The notes under the pieces were generated by a model. It did not search any database, had not been told where the DNA came from, and worked only from the letters and a program-made list of their open reading frames with translations. A program made the translations under genes and the position numbers. DNA of 64,000 nt. It comes from Marsupella aquatica. Lineage: Eukaryota; Plantae; Marchantiophyta. Shown piece by piece: positions 56,801 to 64,000 of this stretch (its first letter is position 1; the number at the start of each line of letters is the position of its first letter). Where the stretch lies: positions 7,505,241 to 7,569,240 of the forward strand of contig OZ316899.1 of assembly GCA_973895155.1 (NCBI GenBank), given 5' to 3'.

Positions 56801-58380
56801 CTGTGAACATGCAAGGCAAGGAGATCGCATGGAGGTTGGGTGTACTGAGGTGGGTATTCCCTGCATATCTTGAGGATCTTATGGAACATCTGTGTGCCTG
56901 GGTGTCCCAGGCGACGATGCCATGTTTCGGTTATAGTCTGTGTGGGGGTCTCAGTGAAAAAGGTGTGGATTCTAATGGCGTAGAATCCCAATGGAAAAGC
57001 TATCAGGGTCTCTTTTATTTCTATGCCATTCTTGGTCTTTGCCACGATGTGTAATACTTCTTGGGATTCGTGGATGCTGGTGTGGATGTGCAGGCCGTTC
57101 TCCCGGATGTCCTTGAAACTCAAGAGGTTACGTGTAGCCTTTGGGGCATATATTGCGGATTTAAACCCTTAAACCATGCCCTTGGGCAGGACCAGGTTGG
57201 CTGGGCCATTGCCCTCTTCTAGCTGGTGGTTGCCCATAATTGTGGTAACTCTCCGTTGGGAAGGTACAATCTGGGTAAAATAAACTTTGGTCCTTAATAT
57301 TGAGTGTGAGGTCCCGTTGTCTAGTATGCAGCAATGAGGGTCATCCAGGGCTTTAGACATTTCTGACTGGAAAGCGAGGTGCAGTTCGGGTAAGATCTCT
57401 GGAGTTTCTAGGAATGCTCCATGTGTCTCGTATTCATCATTATGTAAGTTCTTCTGGTATAGTGCGACAAGGTGTGCTGGGTCCCGACAAGTTTTCCTAA
57501 TGTGACCTTTAGTCCCGCACCTATGGCAAATTGGGGGGTTGTCAGACTTATCTGTATGGGCGTTCTGCCATTGTTGATTGCCGTTGTTCCTTGGCCAGTT
57601 GTTGCGGAAGTTTCCTGGTTGCGCTCTGCCCCGACCCCTTCCTCCACGGTAATTGCTCCTTCTGCCCCACTGGAAATTGTTGCCCCGTCCATGGAAGTTA
57701 TTCCTTCTGCGATAGCTACCTCGGCCACGATATGAGGTGCCAGAGCCTCGTCTCCACGTATTGAAGTGTGTTTCGGGATTGGTATGTGGGGGTAGGGTCC
57801 TAGGGGGTCACTGCTTGGTATTCTGTAATAGCAGGATTTGATACTTCTCTGCTAGCAACATGTGGGCGATCAGTTCGGAGTATGTCGTGAATCTCATGTT
57901 GCGGTATTGTGTGGATAGTACTAAATTGGTTATGTGGAATGTTGACAGGGTCTTTTTGATTTGTTCCTCTTCATCGACCGGGTGGCCACAAATTGCCAAT
58001 TGTGATACAATTTGGAAAAGTTTGCTGTTATACTCAACGATTGTCTTGTGGTCCTGTACGCGGAGATTAATCCAGTCATGCCTCGCTGCCGGGAGGAAGA
58101 TCGTGCGCGTATGGTCGAATCTTGCATGGAGCTTGTCCCATAGAACTTGGGGGTTGTAGGCATTCATATATTGGCATTTTAGAGAGTCGGCAAGGTGGTG
58201 TCGAATCAAGATCAGGGCCTTCGCCTTCTCTTGTAGAGTGGGGCCATTGTCTGTTAGGATTGCGTCTTCTAGGTTCTTTGATGTGAGATGCGCCTTGACA
58301 TCCAATGTCCATGATAAAAAAATTGATCCGTCGATACATAATGCTTGGAAATACAGCTTCTCAATCGCATTTGTTGTCAT
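53843..58380 (-). pseudogene. gag-pol: gag-pol of element G
   Basis: KAKALILIRHHL, CHRCGTKGHIRKTC, ILDNGTSH, WHRRLGHP, DVCGP, DNAGEF, YGLKQSG, YVDD; many stops and frameshifts. Confidence 0.93.
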
Positions 58381-59033
58381 TGTATTCAGTGATGAGTGTA
58401 GTTTCGGAGGATGATTGTGTAGATCCGTCTATGCTTAGCAATATGTTGTGATGTGTAACGTTCGGCAGATGAATCTGCCTCAGATTGTAATAATTGGAAT
58501 TTGTTGAATTGTTGTCAAGAATGTATGTTGATCATCTACGATCATCTTCCTTTCGTCAAATCGTGAGTGGATAGGAGGAGAATCGAAAAAAAAACTTTGG
58601 TCTGGAATTTTGGTCTTCAAATTGAAATTGAAATTGGAATTGGGATCGGTCTACACTGGTGGGTCGGGGAAGAAAAATCTCAGGAGCACACTCGTGCTGA
58701 TAACGTGTTAAACATCACAATAACACCAATTGTTTTACTCATCCAATTCCTTCATATACATAGTTGGTTGTCTAGGTGGTTGGTTGTATAACCGTCATGG
58801 GTTAGGGTTTAGTCCTAACCTTAGGTAGACTTGTTCTAGGGGTTGCAACAATAATAACATATCTGATGCCTTTGTTTTTCAGGAACAAACATGGGGCAAT
58901 TTTTGTCATTGGTAAAATTGAGAGATAACATCTCATCTTTAAAACGCTTATACCAAATACATCCACTCTGTTTGAGGCCGTTTATAGATCTTAGGACTTG
59001 TACTACGCTTGGTACTACGTAGGTAGTGTCTTT

Positions 59034-59349
59034 TGTCTTCATCACTCATTCCCAGTTGACATGAAAGACTTATACAAACCCCACAAAGTACCTCCTTTAG
59101 TCATTTTATGAACCCTTTAAGTATTCTTAAAGACTACCCACTAACACCATTTTAGTCCTTCCCAACGACTCACCTGAGCATCCCATAAAAGACTGAAAAT
59201 GACTCACCAAAGCTACCCATACAAAGACTATAAACAACTGAAAATCCAGTCCATTATACGACTGATCATGTAGTTCTATAAAGGACTCAGTGGATTGTAG
59301 TAACAAAACATATGACTCACAGTCTTATAAAGGATTGTAGTCCCGCCCA
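59034..59349. mobile_element. 316-bp insertion in the RT of H; probable solo LTR
   Basis: TG...CA flanked by GTCTTT on both sides; removing it joins IHHRLGLAKD to TTYVV..VQVLRS, similar to element D. Confidence 0.6.
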
Positions 59350-61703
59350 GTCTTTTGCAAGTCCTAAACGGTGGTGAATAGTTGTTTAATAGGGTCTAAA
59401 TAGAGCATGGTTTCTACTAGTGTTTCCTGGTGGTTTAGTAGGCAGTGTTTGCTCTTTATCAAGAAATATATGAACTTGCTGTGTGTGTAGCACATGCTTT
59501 TGAGGTTTGGTTGAGGGACTTATTCCTTTTCCTGCCCATGTGAATCCTCTGTAGGAGTGATTTGTTGTGGGTCATTTCTGATTTCTTTTCCGGTATCATA
59601 TCGTTTGTAGCACACTTGGGTTTTGTTGGACAGTAGGTCCGCTATGGTGATGAAGCCCTCTTTGATTCTCAATAGGAGTAATCTGTTGGATTCCAACTTG
59701 TAAGTCTGGGTCTGTAATGCTGTTTCTCTCCCCCTGAATGTGGAATGCTATTCTTTCAGCAATTCTGGGGGTGCTTTCATATAGATCTCAGTATCAAGAG
59801 TACCATATAGGTAGGCTATCACCACATCTATCAAACGCATAGTTAGTTTGTTTGTCATGGCAAATCCGATTAAGAATTTGTAAGTGACAACATCCATTAG
59901 TGGGGAATACATTAGGTCGTAGTCTCATCCCGGAATTTGTGTGTAGCCTTTGGCCACCAGTCTGGCTTTATATCGGACTACCTCCCCTTGAGCATTTCTT
60001 TTCCTAACAAATGTAAATTTGTACCCTGTGAATTGTGTATATGGTGGGACTTTTATAATTGGTCCAAAAACTTTTCTCTTGATAAGAGAATCTAACTTTG
60101 AATTGATAGCTCCCTCCAATTTAATCCAATCAAGTCTCTATTGTGCTTCCAAGACTGTTAATGGTTCTAGTGTCTCATTGGTAATTTCTTGGTATATAGT
60201 GAATGCAAAGTGTTCATCCATTTTGATTCTGTCACATGGCCGGATCTGTCCATTATGCATATATTGGATTGCCATTTCCTCATTTTCAGTATTTGTTATT
60301 GTATGTTCTACAGCGGGTGATATTGTATGGGTTTCAGGTATTGTAGGTATGTTTGTTCTTCGCTGTCTAGGTTGTGTATCTCTCAAACTGATTGGGCGTC
60401 ACTCCACACTTAGTTCTCGGTGGTGGAATTGAGGCAATGCTATCTATGAGTGAAATTCTAGCTAGGACGTTTGCAGCTTCATTGTGGGATCGGGTAGTAG
60501 TTGCTGCATTGTTAAATGAATCTGGTAGTTTTTCCACTATCCTATTGAAATAAAGTATTCTTTGGACTTCATCGTCCGTCTGTTTGGTCCTCGGATCCAT
60601 CAATAACACGTTCTTTGTATGCCATATTAGTTCTTGTTGCTTCAATTTATCCTGTTGATCCTTGGTATGCCTCAGTTATGGGTAAGTGTCTTTGTAAAAG
60701 TGGCAGCCCTAGAACCTGGCTTTAAATATATCACCTGTACTCCGTTCTATATATCTGCTGATGGAGGGTGAATCATATCCAACATATATACCTAATTGGC
60801 ATTGGGGGCCCATCTTGGTGCATTTGGGTCCCATTATGGGTAGAATTACTTGGCATCCAAACGTTCTGAGGTGAGCAATAATTGGTGGGCGTCCATAGGC
60901 TAGATGGTGTGGGTCATATGAATTATATGCTGATGGTCTGTATTGGATAAGTAATGTTGCATGAAGTACAGCACATCCCCATGCTGATGTTGGTAGTTTT
61001 GTATGCATTAATAATGATCTCGCAATAGTCTGCATGCGTTTGATTAGGGATTCTACTGTTCCATTTTGGAAATGGACGTATGGGATAGGGTATTGTATGT
61101 CAATACCAATGGTTGAGAAAAAGTCATCAAAAGTTTTTGAGGTAAATTCCCCTGCCCCATCTACGTAGTGTCTTTATCGGGTGTTCAGGGAGCTGGGATC
61201 TGAGTTTAATGATGTTCGCCAATATCCTTGGGAACACTAGGTTTCTAGTCGAGAGAAGAGATATTTGAGACCATTTACTAGATGAATCTATAATGGCTAG
61301 AAAAAACCTAAATGGTCCACATGGTGGATCAATGGGTCCACACACATTTGCATTTTACTTTTCTAGGAATGCAGGTATTTTGTGGATGGTTTTGAGGATT
61401 GCTAGTCGGGTTACAAACTTGCCCTGTGAGCATGCAAGACATGGAGCTTGGTTTGCAAAAGGGTGTACATTTGGAGGTATCCCTATTGTGTCTTTTATGA
61501 TTTATGGTACATATTGGTACCTGGGTGTCCAAGTCTATTGTGCCATAGAGCAGTTAGTTTCTATGGACTAGTTTTTGTGTGGAAAGCTTGGATTTGTGTT
61601 ATATAGATTCATGGAGGATGAACTTGTAATGTCTCTTTGATTTCAGTGCCTGAGCTTGTTTTCTTTAAGATGTGTAGGATTTCTTTTATATCCACTATAC
61701 TGG

Positions 61704-64000
61704 TGTGTACATGCATATCATTTGCACGTATATCTCAAAAACTAATGAGATTTCTAGTCACCCCTTAATCCATTTTAAGCCTCAAAGGAACGTTTTGGAG
61801 AAAGTTGAGAAGTTTGAGTTTTGGACGGAACAATCACTTTTGAAGAAATTCGAAAGAAATTGCTTTGGGAAGAAGCTAGAGAATCGCTTTGCAGAACAAC
61901 CGGCAGAAAAATCGCTTTGAAAACTGTAGAATCGGTTTAGACTTTCGGTAGCAACTTTGACGGAAGATACCGGATCGGTCCGATATTGGTTTGAGGAATT
62001 TTTTGGTGCGTTCAAAAGTTCTTGCCAAGGGCTATAAAGAGAATTTTAGTTTGGACCCAAAAGATCAACTTCAAAATATCCTGAACCGATTCTCCTGGAT
62101 ATTTTGGCACTTGTTTGTTAAAACCGTTTCACATCTCTTTTCCACCTCTTGAGCTTTCCCATTAGTTTATTAGAGTAGGATATAGAGAGACATAGTTTAG
62201 TACACCCTTAGGAGTTAGATTTAGAGAGTCTTAGTTTCATCTCACCTTTTAGGACTTTAAGTTTAGATGAGAAAGGGTTTTTAGGTTTTTAAACCTTTTG
62301 GCATCTCAAGCCTTTTGAGGGAGCCTACAATTGGACTCCCAAGACCATTTTTCATTGTCTTATCCTTGGAATGTTAATCTTTGACCATTTTGGGTCTTTC
62401 TCTCATGCCAATCTTGGGCTTAGGAGGGAGGATTAAACTAAAAGGAAATGTACCCCACTTCTACATGGAAAGCATTACATCCGTCTCAAGTTCATGGATG
62501 AATGTCATAACGAATATAGATTTGTAAGAGAAAACTTTGATATCTAGGGAAAGGAGAATTGTAGTGAGTCATTGGATGTAAAGCCGATCTCTTTTGAGTA
62601 TATGGAAGTCATTGATATATGAAAATCAGATTACCTATGGATAAGAAGTTAGATTTTATAAACTTATTGATCTAAGAGTTTCTTGGAGAATTGTTTTAGG
62701 ATTCTTGAAGAAGAATAAGTAAAGAAATCGCTATAGGGTTTTGAACACCACAAAACCGGAGTAAAATGCTTTACTTATTCCTTACGGGACCAAATCTTTG
62801 TTGTTTTGAGCAAGATCCTATATAGTTGATGTTTTTCTACTTACCACACACTAGTTTGAGTTCCAGGTTCCCATAGACCATGGGAGGGGGTATACCCAAG
62901 GGGAACACAAACTTGTGCTTACATTTGAAGGTTCACTCTTCAAGAGACAAAGTGAGACAGTGAGAGGAGGAGCTCTAGCACGTTCGCTATGGCGGATGTA
63001 ATCGGTGTGTATTACTGGATTTCTCTCACGGTCGTGGACGTAGCCCAGACAAGGTGAACCACGTACTTTCAGTGTTAGAGTCTATGGATGTTGTTCACAT
63101 GTGTTGACGGTCTAGATCATATCCCAACAATTGGAATCAGAGCTTGGGGACCGAGATTGAGAAGCGTTTGGGGCTCATCGTGACCGATTTGTGGGGTTCG
63201 GTGCGGGATGTGAGCGTGAATCGTCTCCTAGTCAAAGTAGCACAGGCTTTGGTCTGTTCCTATGTTGCTTAGGTGGAAGATTGTGTGCATTTTGAAGGTG
63301 GGAAGACAGTTTTCTTCAATGTGAGCGCAATTCGGGTTTTGCTTGTTCGTCTTTTGTCGTTGATTTGATCCGGGGAGTTACAAACGGGACAAGGATCAAT
63401 TTGCAACAAACGGGAAACACTTTGGTGGTGTGTGTGATCACTAACTTGATTTTGAAGTTGGCTATTAAGCTCAGGCAGCCATAGTCGAGAACTCAAAGCG
63501 GCGGTCGTACGATTGTACAAATTTAGGTTGATTTTTTAAAATCATGATCTTGGGTCGTCCATAGGCTTGTTGGGAAGATCTCATTGCGCTTGTTCCAACC
63601 ATATAAATTATAGAGCGATCAGAGATTGGACGGCTGAGATACGGGCAATCAAAGCAGGTTTGACTTTGGCTACATGGCAGGGTGCGGGAAGGGCGTTCGG
63701 CCGAGTACGGCAAGGGTGACAGGGCGGCAGGGGGCGGCAAGGCGCTTGGGGTGGTGGGGCACAACGCAAACAGGCACTGTCCTGTTTGTGCCAAGTGCCA
63801 TAGGGCAATTCGCCCCCTGCGCAGGGCCAAACGCCCCCTGTACTTTTATTCCCTATATTCTCAATTTTCTAGAACGTTGAAATTCAACGGTAAATTAGGG
63901 ATTTGACAAGGCAAATGGGTTCCGTTTTCCGAGATGTTTTGCAGGGGTGTTCCGTGGGGAGTTAGGGAGAGGCCTGAAAAATAGGTTTAGGAAACGAAGG
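61704..64000 (+). mobile_element. Element I: ~1.4-kb 5' LTR (about 61704-63129), tRNA-Met-type PBS and start of a non-coding interior; superfamily not determinable
   Basis: H pol homology stops abruptly at TGTGTACATG; ...CCCAACA then AT, then TGGAATCAGAGC (63132-63143, one mismatch to TGGTATCAGAGC). Confidence 0.78.

Larger units (their letters stand above)
39365..58850 (-). mobile_element. Element G: Bianca-like copia interrupted in its 3' UTR by F
   Basis: LTRs at 39365-39510 and 58706-58850 (3 C/T differences, 1 indel); TSD ATAAT; PBS 58693-58705; PPT 39511-39520. Confidence 0.95.
37746..61703 (-). mobile_element. Element H: older Bianca-like copia, split by G and a small insert, and interrupted by I (own sequence 37746-39364 and 58851-61703)
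   Basis: RT rejoins across the ATAAT TSD as YVII|ALYVDDINIFG; RNase H at 38400-38950; PPT 37967-37975; putative 3' LTR about 37746-37966 (left edge uncertain); integrase at 60700-61350. Confidence 0.88.

Overview
The window is almost entirely nested LTR retrotransposons, probably from plant heterochromatin; no host gene is visible. Two groups are present: Athila-like Ty3/gypsy elements (labelled here A, B, C, F) and Bianca-like Ty1/copia elements (D, G, H, J), plus two solo LTRs and the start of an unclassified element (I). Nesting read from termini and target-site duplications (TSDs): J(3' end 23889-24904) <- B(<10301-23888) <- A(<1-10300); D(25026-37059, TSD GCTTA) <- C(28627-35143, TSD CCTAC); H(37746->61703) <- G(39365-58850, TSD ATAAT) <- F(40077-53780, TSD GCAGT). 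Main finding: the A/B/F elements have giant LTRs (4657 bp in F) that contain a ~1200-aa accessory gene (PMD/plant-transposon-protein-like motif plus long coiled coil). Their polypurine tract (PPT) lies inside the last integrase codons. They also show a conserved G_GAU_UUU + hairpin candidate -1 frameshift between protease and RT, and in A and F a second PPT copy next to it. Element C has apparently identical LTRs, no gag-pol, a related accessory ORF, an orphan protease-like ORF and a palindromic repeat array. The copia elements show RT inserts, a covarying 3'UTR RNA structure and a shared UGA in gag. Family assignments and tRNA matches come from motif recognition, not database searches.
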